A program made the translations under genes and the position numbers. Shown here piece after piece: positions 8,414-17,064 of a stretch of DNA of 36,365 nucleotides. The notes beneath the pieces were generated by a model. It saw only the letters and a program-made list of their open reading frames with translations, had not been told where the DNA came from and made no database searches. Position 1 is the first letter of the stretch, and each line of letters starts with the position of its first letter. This DNA comes from a bacterium (GTDB lineage: Bacteria > Sysuimicrobiota > Sysuimicrobiia > Sysuimicrobiales > Humicultoraceae), in NCBI GenBank assembly GCA_041497675.1, contig JBGQGY010000024.1:1-36365 (forward strand), read 5' to 3'.

Positions 8414-9555
8414 GCGCGCAGGCGCGGCTGCTGCTGATCCAGATCCTGGCGCCGTTCCTGGCGATCCTATTTGGGGCTCTGGTCGCCTCTGGTATCATCC
8501 TGGCCATCGGTGAGAATCCGCTCGATGTCTACGCGCTGATGCTGCGCTTTAGCCTCACGCGCGCCGACAGCGTCGCGGCCATCCTGTTCCGCACGACGCC
8601 GCTGGTATTCGCCGGGCTGGCCGTCGCCCTGTCGTTTCGTGCGAATCTGTGGAACATCGGCGTCGAAGGGCAGTACTACGTCGGCGCGTTCTCCGCCGCA
8701 CTGGTGGGGTTTGCCGTCCGTGGGCTGCCCGCCGTCATTCATCTGCCGCTGACAATCCTGGCCGGTATGGCCGGCGGGCTGCTGTGGGCGCTGCCGCCCG
8801 TGGTGCTCAAAGTTCGGCGCGGCGCGCATGAAGTCATCACGACGATCATGATGAACTACATCGCGCAGGCGGTGGTGCTGTTCCTGCTGGCGGACGTGTT
8901 CCGGGACCCGACGCAGCTCGGCACACCCCGGGTGCGCACGCCGGAATTCGACCCCGCCGCCAGGATCCCACTGTTGCGACCGCTGTTGGGGTTCTTCGGT
9001 CTTGGCATTCCCGAACATTCGGCGCTCAACTGGTTCTTGCCGCTGGGTGTCCTCCTGTGCGCCGCGGCCGCCTATTGGCTGGCGCGGACTCGTTTTGGCT
9101 TCGAGGTGCGGGCCGTGGCGCTGAACCCCCTGGCCGCGGAAGCGGCGGGCATCCGGATCAGCCGAGTGCAACTGCTGATGTTCCTCGCCAGCGGCGCCGT
9201 CGCCGGGCTGGTGGGGTTATCGGACGTGCTGGGGTTCTTCGGATACTTCGACATCGATTTCCCTAAGGGGCTGGGATTTCTAGGAATCTCTGTCGCGCTG
9301 CTCGCGAAGAACAATCCCGTCGGGATCATCCCGGCGGCGTTGCTGTTTGGGTTGCTCGACCGTGGCGCGCAGGGCGTGCAGGTGTTTGCCGGCATCCCAC
9401 GGGAGGTCATCACGATTCTGCAGGCCGTCATCATCCTGGCGATCGTGGTGGCGTACGAGCTGCTCACGCGATACGTCCGCCGGCAGCGCAAGCATGAAGC
9501 CGAGCGGGTCGTCGCCGCCGGCGTGCTGGGGGCGTCGGGAGGGGCGGCGACGTGA
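8410..9555 (+). CDS. Nucleoside ABC transporter permease 1
   Basis: Motifs NIGVEGQ, HEVITTIMMNY and GFLGISVALL; hydrophobic. GTG start overlaps the ATPase stop (GTGA). Confidence 0.9.
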   Translation: MSAQARLLLIQILAPFLAILFGALVASGIILAIGENPLDVYALMLRFSLTRADSVAAILFRTTPLVFAGLAVALSFRANLWNIGVEGQYYVGAFSAALVGFAVRGLPAVIHLPLTILAGMAGGLLWALPPVVLKVRRGAHEVITTIMMNYIAQAVVLFLLADVFRDPTQLGTPRVRTPEFDPAARIPLLRPLLGFFGLGIPEHSALNWFLPLGVLLCAAAAYWLARTRFGFEVRAVALNPLAAEAAGIRISRVQLLMFLASGAVAGLVGLSDVLGFFGYFDIDFPKGLGFLGISVALLAKNNPVGIIPAALLFGLLDRGAQGVQVFAGIPREVITILQAVIILAIVVAYELLTRYVRRQRKHEAERVVAAGVLGASGGAAT

Positions 9556-10526
9556 TCGATCTCCTGGCCTCGCTGCTGAGCGTGGCTCTCGTGGCCTCGG
9601 CGGTGCGTTTGACCGTCCCGATCGCCCTGACCGCGCTCGGCGCCGTGTATGCCGAGCGTGGCGGCGTGGTGAACATCGGTCTGGAAGGCATCATGGTGAT
9701 GGGGACGTTCTTCGGCGCGGCGGCGACGCACTTGGTCGCGCAGGCCACGGGGGGCGCCGCGGGCGTCCCGTCGGCCTGGGCGCCGGTGGTAGGATTGCTC
9801 GCCGCGGTGATCGCGGGGATCCTCTTCGCGCTGATTCACGCCGTTGTGGCGGTCACGTTTCGCGTTGACCAAATCATCAGCGGCGTCGCGCTGAACCTGT
9901 TGGCCGTCGGGCTGGCCCGATTCCTGAACATCTTGCTCTTCAAGGTGTCGACGCAGTCGCCGGGTATCAACGGATTCGATCCGGTCTCGATCCCGGTGCT
10001 GCGTCATGTGCCGGCTCTTGCGCCGGTCGCCACCGGGATCTCACCCGTGATCCCGCTGGCCCTCGTCCTCGTGATCGTCGGGCAGTGGGTGCTGCGGCGC
10101 ACCGTGTTTGGTTTGCGGCTGCGCGCGGTCGGCGAGCATCCTGCCGCCGCCGATACGCTGGGCATCAACGTGGCCAAGATGCGCTACGCGGGTGTGCTGA
10201 TCAGCGGGGCGCTGGCGGGTCTGGCGGGTGGGTATCTGTCGATCGAACAGGGGCGTGGGTATCTCGAGGGCATGACACAGGGCCGCGGTTTTATTGCGCT
10301 GGCGGCCATGATCTTTGGAAACTGGTGGCCGATTGGCGCCCTGGGAGCGTCGGCGCTGTTCGGGTACTTCGACGCGCTGAGCCTGCGCGTCGTCCATACA
10401 CGCATCCCCTATCAGTTCATCACCGTGTTGCCGCATCTGGCGTCGATTCTGGTGCTCGCGGGGTTCGTCCGGCGTTCGACCCCGCCGGCCGCCGACGGCA
10501 TCCCCTACACCAAGGAAGAGGGCTAA
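9552..10526 (+). CDS. Nucleoside ABC transporter permease 2
   Basis: Motifs ERGGVVNIGLEG, DQIISGVALN, GLRLRAVGEHP and GRGFIALAAMIFG; GTGA overlap with the preceding gene. Confidence 0.92.
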   Translation: MIDLLASLLSVALVASAVRLTVPIALTALGAVYAERGGVVNIGLEGIMVMGTFFGAAATHLVAQATGGAAGVPSAWAPVVGLLAAVIAGILFALIHAVVAVTFRVDQIISGVALNLLAVGLARFLNILLFKVSTQSPGINGFDPVSIPVLRHVPALAPVATGISPVIPLALVLVIVGQWVLRRTVFGLRLRAVGEHPAAADTLGINVAKMRYAGVLISGALAGLAGGYLSIEQGRGYLEGMTQGRGFIALAAMIFGNWWPIGALGASALFGYFDALSLRVVHTRIPYQFITVLPHLASILVLAGFVRRSTPPAADGIPYTKEEG

Positions 10527-10527
10527 C

Positions 10528-11421
10528 ATGACCGATGCGTCGATCACCGTCCTGGGTGGCGCGCTCGTCGACGTGCGCGCGACGACCGCGGCGTCGTGGG
10601 GACCGGATCAGTCGATGCCCGGGCGCGTGCGGTTGGTTCCTGGCGGATCGGCCCGCAACGTCGCTGTGAATCTGGCGCGGCTGGGTCATCGCGTCAGGTT
10701 GCTCACAGTGGTTGGCAACGATCCGCTGGGTGATTGGCTCGTACGGTTGACAGCTGAAGCGGGCGTGGACGTCGGTGGCGTCCTGCGCACTGCGCAGCCG
10801 ACCGGGGTGTACGTCACCGTTGGTCCGCAACAGGGCGCGTCGTTTTGCGTCGCTGATGCCGGGCCGCTCGAGCGTTTGACACCGGCCGAGCTGGACGCGT
10901 GGCGACCGATGATTGCAGAGGCCACGCTCATCGTCACAGACGCGAACCTTGCTGAGACGCTTCAGCCGGCGGTGGCCGCGCTGGCGGCCGGACGACCGCG
11001 CGCGCTGCTCGCGACATCAGCGGCAAAATCGGTCCGGCTGCGCGCCGTGCTCGCCGGGGCGGCGCTGCTGGTCTGCAACCGCGCCGAGGCGCTCGCGCTC
11101 ACCGGGTTGCCGCCGACGCTCGGCTGGCAGGCGCTGGGCACGGCGCTGCTGGTCGAGGGCATCGAGCGCGTGGTCATCACCAGGGATCGCGACGGTGTGG
11201 GCGTCCTGTCGTCCGACGAAGCCGTTGAGGTGCCCGACGCCGGCGGCCCGGTGGTCGATGCCACGGGCGCAGGCGATGCGGCCGCGGCGGCGGCCATCCA
11301 CGCGATGATCGGCGGTCTCGACCTGGAGCGGACGGCGGCGCTGGTGGCCGCGGCGGCCGCCGTCGCTGTGGGTTCGGAGGACACCACACCCGCCGATCTG
11401 GCCGCGGTGCTCAAAGGATGA
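10528..11421 (+). CDS. PfkB-family kinase, probably pseudouridine kinase (PsuK-like)
   Basis: PfkB signatures PGGSARNVAVNLARLG, VGNDPLG and VVDATGAGD. Substrate inferred from the ATGA overlap with psuG. Confidence 0.8.
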   Translation: MTDASITVLGGALVDVRATTAASWGPDQSMPGRVRLVPGGSARNVAVNLARLGHRVRLLTVVGNDPLGDWLVRLTAEAGVDVGGVLRTAQPTGVYVTVGPQQGASFCVADAGPLERLTPAELDAWRPMIAEATLIVTDANLAETLQPAVAALAAGRPRALLATSAAKSVRLRAVLAGAALLVCNRAEALALTGLPPTLGWQALGTALLVEGIERVVITRDRDGVGVLSSDEAVEVPDAGGPVVDATGAGDAAAAAAIHAMIGGLDLERTAALVAAAAAVAVGSEDTTPADLAAVLKG

Positions 11422-12353
11422 ACCCACCCGCGCCCCGCGTGTTCGATATCTCGCCTGAAGTCTCCGCGGCCATGGCCAGCGGAGCGCCGGTGGTCGCGCT
11501 GGAAAGCGCCGTGTTCTCGCACGGTCTGCCCAGAGACGTGGCGCCGGCGACGGCACGTCGCCTCGATGAGATCGTGCGGGCAGGGGGCGCCACCCCAGCG
11601 CTCGTGGCGGTAGAGACGGGGCGGGTCCTGGTGGGCGGGGATCTGCGTGAGATCGGGTATCTCTTGGACGGGAAGGCCGCAAAGATCGCGGAGCGGGATC
11701 TTGCCGTGGCGATGGCTCAGAGGCAATCGGGAGGCACAACGGTGTCTGCGACGGCCGCTGCGGCCGCCGCAATTGGGATCTGCGTGATGGCCACCGGCGG
11801 GATTGGCGGTGTGCATCTCGGTGCTGAAGAGTCGTTTGATGTCTCCGCCGACCTGGACGCGCTGAGCCGCCACCGGGTCGTCGTGGTGTGTGCCGGCGCG
11901 AAGGCGATTTGCGATCAGGCGAGGACTGCCGAGACGCTGGAAACGCTGGGCGTCACGGTCGTGGGGTATCGAACAGATACGATGCCGGCCTTTTACGCGC
12001 GCTCGAACGGGCTGCGCGTTCCGTACCGCGCTGAGTCGCCGGCGGAGATCGCAGCCATCGCGCACGCCAAGCGGGATCTTGGGGATCGCGGCGCCCTGCT
12101 CGTGGTGCAGCCGGTCCCCGAGGGGGCGGCGCTCGACGGCCGGGTCGTCGACGAGGCCGTTCAGGCGGCGCTGTCGAGCGCGCGGGCCGCCGGTATCCGC
12201 GGCGGCGCGGTGACGCCGTATCTCTTGAAGGCCATCGACGCGGCGACCGGCGGGCGGGCGCTTGGCGCGAACCTCGCGTTGCTGGAGGCGAACGCCGGAC
12301 TCGCCGCCGCAATCGCCTCAGCGCTGCGCGCCGGCGCCGCAACGCATTCTTGA
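11418..12353 (+). CDS. psuG: Pseudouridine-5'-phosphate glycosidase
   Basis: Motifs VVALES..SHGLP, GGTTVSAT, ATGGIGGVH, DVSADL, CAGAK, ETLETLGV and VTPYLL, typical of the PsuG/IndA family. Confidence 0.92.
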   Translation: MNPPAPRVFDISPEVSAAMASGAPVVALESAVFSHGLPRDVAPATARRLDEIVRAGGATPALVAVETGRVLVGGDLREIGYLLDGKAAKIAERDLAVAMAQRQSGGTTVSATAAAAAAIGICVMATGGIGGVHLGAEESFDVSADLDALSRHRVVVVCAGAKAICDQARTAETLETLGVTVVGYRTDTMPAFYARSNGLRVPYRAESPAEIAAIAHAKRDLGDRGALLVVQPVPEGAALDGRVVDEAVQAALSSARAAGIRGGAVTPYLLKAIDAATGGRALGANLALLEANAGLAAAIASALRAGAATHS

Positions 12354-12416
12354 ACCGACCGGCGGAATCCGGCGGAGACCGGAGGGAAAGGCGCGCGGCG
12401 GGCGAACTCCAACTCT

Positions 12417-13313
12417 GTGACGGGCGCACAGTCGGGGCACGAGTCATTGGCCTCAGACGGCTTTGGAGCCGCGCTGCGGGCCGCCAGGACCAGTCGCGGT
12501 CTCACGCTTGCCGAGGCATCCGCCCGCACCAGGATTCGCGCAAGTTATCTCGCCGCGCTTGAAGAAGAGCAACTCGACGCCCTGCCGCCGTATCCATTTG
12601 TGAGAGGATTCCTGCGCACCTACGCGGTCGAGTTGGGACTCGATCCCGATCGATTGCTTCAGCGCCTAACGGTGATCATGCCCGAGCCGGCGCCGCGACC
12701 GATCGAGGAATCGCGACGTCTCGAGAGCACGATCGTGCCGGCGCGCCCCCTGACGCTGGCCCAGCAAATCGGGCGGTCCGCCGGGATCGTCGGTCTTGTC
12801 GCGGGGATCGTGTTGGTGCTCTACTTCGCGAAGCAGTTGCACGAGTTCAGTCAACCGGTTCCGGCCGCAACGCCGCAGGGCGTCGCGCCGACGCCACAGG
12901 CCGTCGCCCCCAGCCCGCAGGCTGTGGCCGTCACGCCGCAGCCTGCGGCGCCCACACCGCAGGCGCCGAGTCGGCAGAGTCCCGCCGCGCCGACACCGGC
13001 GGTGCAGGTCAGTCCGGCGCCGACGCCGGCGGCGCCCACCGACGTGACCACCCAGATCACCGGCAATGGGATCGCGATCGACGTTGAGGCCACAGGGCGA
13101 TCGTGGATTCTTGTTGTCGCCGACGACGTGGTGGTCTACCAGGCGTTCGTCACGGCGGGGGAACACCGCCGTTGGCAGGCGAACGGATCGATGACGGTGC
13201 GGGTGGGCAATGCCGGAGTGGTGATCCTGACGGTCAACGGCCGAAGCGTCGGTCCACTGGGCGGGCGCGGCGAGGTGGTCAGCCGTACCTTTCGTAAGGA
13301 CGAGGTGCGATGA
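12417..13313 (+). CDS. rodZ: RodZ-like protein (HTH, TM helix, Pro-rich linker, C-terminal DUF4115-like domain)
   Basis: Motifs LRAAR...TRIRASYLAALEE and FVRGFLRTYA, one TM helix, and C-terminal SWI...VGNAG...VNG. Sits upstream of cinA. Start uncertain. Confidence 0.85.
   Translation: MTGAQSGHESLASDGFGAALRAARTSRGLTLAEASARTRIRASYLAALEEEQLDALPPYPFVRGFLRTYAVELGLDPDRLLQRLTVIMPEPAPRPIEESRRLESTIVPARPLTLAQQIGRSAGIVGLVAGIVLVLYFAKQLHEFSQPVPAATPQGVAPTPQAVAPSPQAVAVTPQPAAPTPQAPSRQSPAAPTPAVQVSPAPTPAAPTDVTTQITGNGIAIDVEATGRSWILVVADDVVVYQAFVTAGEHRRWQANGSMTVRVGNAGVVILTVNGRSVGPLGGRGEVVSRTFRKDEVR
12870..12974 (+). repeat. Degenerate 21-nt (7-aa) tandem repeat in the RodZ linker
   Basis: Units TPQGVAP / TPQAVAP / SPQAVAV / TPQPAAP / TPQAPSR. 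Confidence 0.7.
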
Positions 13314-14548
13314 GGGCTGAACTTCTCTCCGTCGGCACCGAACTGCTGCTGGGGCAGATTACGGATACGAACGCCACGTATCTCGCGCGACTGCTTGCCG
13401 CCTACGGTGTGGACCTGTTGTTCAAGCAGACGGTGGGCGACAACCTCGAACGCGTCAAGGACGCTGTGCAGCTCGCCCTGTCGAGAGCTGATCTCGTCAT
13501 CACGACCGGGGGATTGGGTCCGACCGAAGACGACCTGACGGTCGAAGCCGTCGCAGCGGCCCTGGGGGTTCCACTGGTGTTCGACCAGGCGGTGGCCGAT
13601 CGCATCGCCGGGTTCTTCGTGCGCCGGCAGCGCCAGGCGCCCGAGTCGATCTTCCGCCAGGCACGCATTCCCGAGGGGTCGCAGGTCGTCCCCAACCGCC
13701 GTGGGACGGCCCCAGGCCTCATCGTGCCGGCGGGTGATCGCACGCTCTTCATGTTCCCGGGCGTGCCCCACGAGATGGAGGGGCTGGTCGCCGAGGGTCT
13801 GGTGCCGTGGCTTGCGGCTAAGGCGGGCGGCGACGTCATCAAGTCGCGAGTCCTGCGGATCGCCGGAATTGGGGAATCGATGGTTGAGGAGCGGGTGAAG
13901 GATCTCATCCACGGGATCAACCCGACCGTCGCGCCGCTCGCCAAACTCGGCGAGGTACACCTGCGCATCACGGCCAAGGGTCATCCTGATCGCGTGAGCC
14001 CCATGATCGACGAGGTCGATGCGGGGCTGCGCGGTCGGTTGGGCGACGCGGTGTTTGGGATCGATGAGGAACAACTCCACGAGGTCACGGCGCGATTGTT
14101 GGTCGAGCGGCATCGGACGCTGGCCGTGGCCGAGTCGTGCACGGGTGGCATGATCAGCGCGCGCCTCACCGACGTGCCCGGCGCGTCGGCGTTCATGCGC
14201 GCGGGGTTCGTGGTCTACGGCAACGACGCCAAGGTGCGCGATCTCGGCGTCTCTGCCGATCTCATCGCGACGCACGGCGCAGTGAGCGCTGAGGTGGCGG
14301 CCGCGATGGCGGAAGGGGCCCGCCGGCAGGCCGCCGCGGACATCGGACTGGCGGTGACGGGGATCGCCGGTCCGTCCGGTGGGACGCCGGACAAACCCGT
14401 GGGTCTGGTCTACCTGGCGATCTCGCACGACGGCGCTACGCGAACCGTGGAGCAGCGGTTCGGTGGGGAACCGGGGCGGGGGATCATTCGCCATCTTGCG
14501 GCTCAGGCGGCCATCAATCTCGTCCGCCTGAGCCTGCTGCGCTCGTGA
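13310..14548 (+). CDS. cinA: Competence/damage-inducible protein A (MoCF-like domain plus PncC NMN deamidase domain)
   Basis: Motifs VGTELLLGQITDTN, TGGLGPTEDDLT, GTAPG, PGVPHEM, AESCTGG, HGAVS and TGIAGPSGG..KPVG. Confidence 0.95.
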   Translation: MRAELLSVGTELLLGQITDTNATYLARLLAAYGVDLLFKQTVGDNLERVKDAVQLALSRADLVITTGGLGPTEDDLTVEAVAAALGVPLVFDQAVADRIAGFFVRRQRQAPESIFRQARIPEGSQVVPNRRGTAPGLIVPAGDRTLFMFPGVPHEMEGLVAEGLVPWLAAKAGGDVIKSRVLRIAGIGESMVEERVKDLIHGINPTVAPLAKLGEVHLRITAKGHPDRVSPMIDEVDAGLRGRLGDAVFGIDEEQLHEVTARLLVERHRTLAVAESCTGGMISARLTDVPGASAFMRAGFVVYGNDAKVRDLGVSADLIATHGAVSAEVAAAMAEGARRQAAADIGLAVTGIAGPSGGTPDKPVGLVYLAISHDGATRTVEQRFGGEPGRGIIRHLAAQAAINLVRLSLLRS

Positions 14549-15114
14549 GGCTGCAGCGCATCTTCATTGCCGTCGAAACGAGCCCGCAGATTCAGCACGA
14601 GGTTTCCACTCTTCAGGACAAGATGCGCGCCTCGGGCGTACGGCTTCGGTGGGTCAAACCGCACAATATGCACTTCACGCTCCGATTTCTCGGCGATATC
14701 CCGGCGGCGCAGGCTGCGCGCGCCGCCGTGGCCACGCGCCAGGCAGCGGTCGGCCTGCCACCCTTCGAAGTCGTCGTGGCCGGGTTGGGCGCCTTCCCAA
14801 CATTCGACCGGCCGCAGGTCGTCTGGCTCGGTACCCGGGTGGGCGGCGAGGACCTAGAGCGTCTGGCGGCCGGGCTGGACACGCAGCTGCTCAGGGCCGG
14901 GTTTGCCGCCGATGGGCGCACGTTCCGACCGCACCTGACGCTTGGCCGAGCGAAGGACGACCGGTATTGGGGAGATCTTGTCCGAACTCTGCAGCACTAT
15001 CGCGACGTGGAAGTCGGTCGGCAACGTGTGGACGCCGTCGCCATCATGGAGAGCCGTTTGATGGCTGACGGCCCCGTCTATACGCCGGTCGAGCAGGTTC
15101 CGCTGACCCAGTGA
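14545..15114 (+). CDS. thpR: RNA 2',3'-cyclic phosphodiesterase (2H family, LigT/ThpR)
   Basis: RIFIAV start and two HxT motifs (HFTLRFLG, PHLTLGR); usual position between cinA and recA. Confidence 0.92.
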   Translation: MRLQRIFIAVETSPQIQHEVSTLQDKMRASGVRLRWVKPHNMHFTLRFLGDIPAAQAARAAVATRQAAVGLPPFEVVVAGLGAFPTFDRPQVVWLGTRVGGEDLERLAAGLDTQLLRAGFAADGRTFRPHLTLGRAKDDRYWGDLVRTLQHYRDVEVGRQRVDAVAIMESRLMADGPVYTPVEQVPLTQ

Positions 15115-15180
15115 TTGAATAGTTCCTGGCAAGAGACCCCTACCGCTGGTATATCGGTCGAGACGAGTGGGTTTTCAGGG

Positions 15181-15209
15181 TTGACAAGCGAACATTTGTT
15201 TGGTATCTT
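15181..15209 (+). promoter_or_regulatory. recA promoter with a LexA (SOS/Cheo) box between -35 and -10
   Basis: TTGACA (15181-15186), 17 nt spacer, TATCTT (15204-15209). CGAACATTTGTTTG at 15189-15202 fits CGAAC-N4-GTTYG. Confidence 0.85.
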
Positions 15210-15241
15210 CGGCCTGTTCATTCGTTCCCTGGAGGTCGGCC

Positions 15242-16372
15242 ATGACAACTGAGCGCCAGCGGGCCCTGGAGCTGGCTCTGGCTCAAATCGAAAAACAATT
15301 CGGCAAGGGATCGATTATGAAGCTGGGGGAGGCCGGGGCCAGGTTTCAAGTCGAGGTCATCTCGACCGGTGCGCTCGCCCTCGACCTTGCCCTTGGGATC
15401 GGTGGGGTGCCTCGCGGCAGGGTTGTTGAGATCTACGGTCCGGAAGCCTCAGGGAAGACTACGCTCGGCTACCACATCATCGCCGAAGCCCAACGCGAAG
15501 GCGGGGTGGCGGCGTTCATCGACGCTGAACACGCGCTCGATCCGACATACGCTCGGGCCGTGGGCGTCGACGTCGACAACTTGCTGCTTTCCCAGCCCGA
15601 TTCCGGCGAGCAGGCGCTCGAAATTGCCGAAACCCTGGTGCGCAGTGGTGCCATCGACGTGGTCGTGGTTGACTCGGTGGCGGCGCTGGTGCCGCGCGCC
15701 GAACTCGAAGGCGAGATGGGCGACGCGCACGTCGGTCTTCAGGCCAGGTTGATGTCGCAGGCGCTGCGCAAGCTGGTCGGCACGATCAGCAAATCCCACA
15801 CGACCGTCGTCTTCATCAATCAGATCCGCGAAAAGATTGGCGTGATGTTCGGCAATCCGGAGACGACGACGGGCGGCCGGGCGCTGAAGTTCTACGCCTC
15901 GGTCCGGATGGAGATCCGCAGGACCGAGAACCTCAAGAATGGCGATGAAGTCAAGGGAATGCGCGCGCGTGTGAAAGTCGTCAAGAACAAAATGGCGCCG
16001 CCGTTTCGTGATGCCGAGGTCGATATCATATTTGGTCACGGGATCTCAAAGACGGCGAGTGTTCTCGACGCGGCGACGGCCGCGGGCATCATCTCCAGAT
16101 CAGGGACCTGGTATACCTATGGCGATTTGCGGCTGGGTCAGGGCCGCGACAACGCGCGCGAGTTCCTGGACAACAATCCTGAGGTGATGCGCGAGATCGA
16201 TCGGAAAGTGCGTGAGGCGCGGGGGTTGGTGCGTGGGGCTGCCGCACCGGTAGACTCTCCCGCACAAGTGGCAGAACCCTCGCGGCCGATCCCGCCCGCG
16301 GCTCGGTCGGCCTCCGAGCCGGTACGCCCGGCGCCCGAACCTGTCAGGCAGGTAGCGCGGGCAAGGAGCTAA
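15242..16372 (+). CDS. recA: Recombinase RecA
   Basis: Motifs [52 protein letters not shown] and [13 protein letters not shown] 15242 follows GGAGG. Confidence 0.98.
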   Translation: MTTERQRALELALAQIEKQFGKGSIMKLGEAGARFQVEVISTGALALDLALGIGGVPRGRVVEIYGPEASGKTTLGYHIIAEAQREGGVAAFIDAEHALDPTYARAVGVDVDNLLLSQPDSGEQALEIAETLVRSGAIDVVVVDSVAALVPRAELEGEMGDAHVGLQARLMSQALRKLVGTISKSHTTVVFINQIREKIGVMFGNPETTTGGRALKFYASVRMEIRRTENLKNGDEVKGMRARVKVVKNKMAPPFRDAEVDIIFGHGISKTASVLDAATAAGIISRSGTWYTYGDLRLGQGRDNAREFLDNNPEVMREIDRKVREARGLVRGAAAPVDSPAQVAEPSRPIPPAARSASEPVRPAPEPVRQVARARS

Positions 16373-16383
16373 AGGAATCCGAG

Positions 16384-17064
16384 ATGCCTTCGGCGCCCGT
16401 TGCGATGCGCGTGGCGCACATACGGACGTGGCCTCAAGACCCATCGATCGTCGTCGTGCACGTCGAGGGCGCAGGCACGTACCGGCTCGGTGAGGAGACT
16501 GCCAGCCGGCTCGGCCTGCGTGAGGGCGCAGATGTCGATAGTGCGCTCCTCGCCCGGGTCGCCACCGCGGCGTCCATCCGCGAGGGGGCGCGGGCCGCTT
16601 TGCGGTTACTGCAGCGCCGTTTGCGTAGCCGCGCCGAACTCAATGCCGGCCTGCGGCGGCGCGGCCTGTCTCCTCCGCAGGTGACGGCTATCCTTTCCGA
16701 TCTAGAACGCGCCGGGTGGATCGACGACCGGCGCTTCGCGCGTCTCTGGATCGAGGATCGGATGGCACTTCGACCCAGAGGGGCCCGGGCGTTACGGGCC
16801 GAACTGCGCATGCGGGGCGTGGCGTCGGACATCATCGAGGCAACGCTGGGTCGTCTGATCTCACCCGAGCGGGAAGACGGCGTGGCGTTGGACCAGGCGA
16901 GGCGCAGAGTCGAGCGTTTCCGCAATCTGCCGCCCGATGTTGCCCGCCGCCGGCTGATCGGCTGGTTGCAGCGCCGCGGGTTTGGGGGAGGAGCGATCGC
17001 GCGCGCGCTTCGAGTGCTGGCAGACACACGTGAAGAGGGATCGAATGCCGGTTCCGCAACGTGA
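16384..17064 (+). CDS. recX: Regulatory protein RecX
   Basis: Motifs ALRLLQRRLRSRAEL, GWIDDRRFA, LRAELRMRGV and WLQRRGF; lies directly after recA. Confidence 0.9.
   Translation: MPSAPVAMRVAHIRTWPQDPSIVVVHVEGAGTYRLGEETASRLGLREGADVDSALLARVATAASIREGARAALRLLQRRLRSRAELNAGLRRRGLSPPQVTAILSDLERAGWIDDRRFARLWIEDRMALRPRGARALRAELRMRGVASDIIEATLGRLISPEREDGVALDQARRRVERFRNLPPDVARRRLIGWLQRRGFGGGAIARALRVLADTREEGSNAGSAT

Noticed and set aside
12351..12416. psuG UGA stop is in frame with rodZ with no intervening stop, suggesting possible Sec read-through fusion
   Set aside because: PsuG is already full length, the UGA does not match a catalytic Cys position, and I see no convincing SECIS. Same-frame neighbours without stops are expected by chance in GC-rich DNA.
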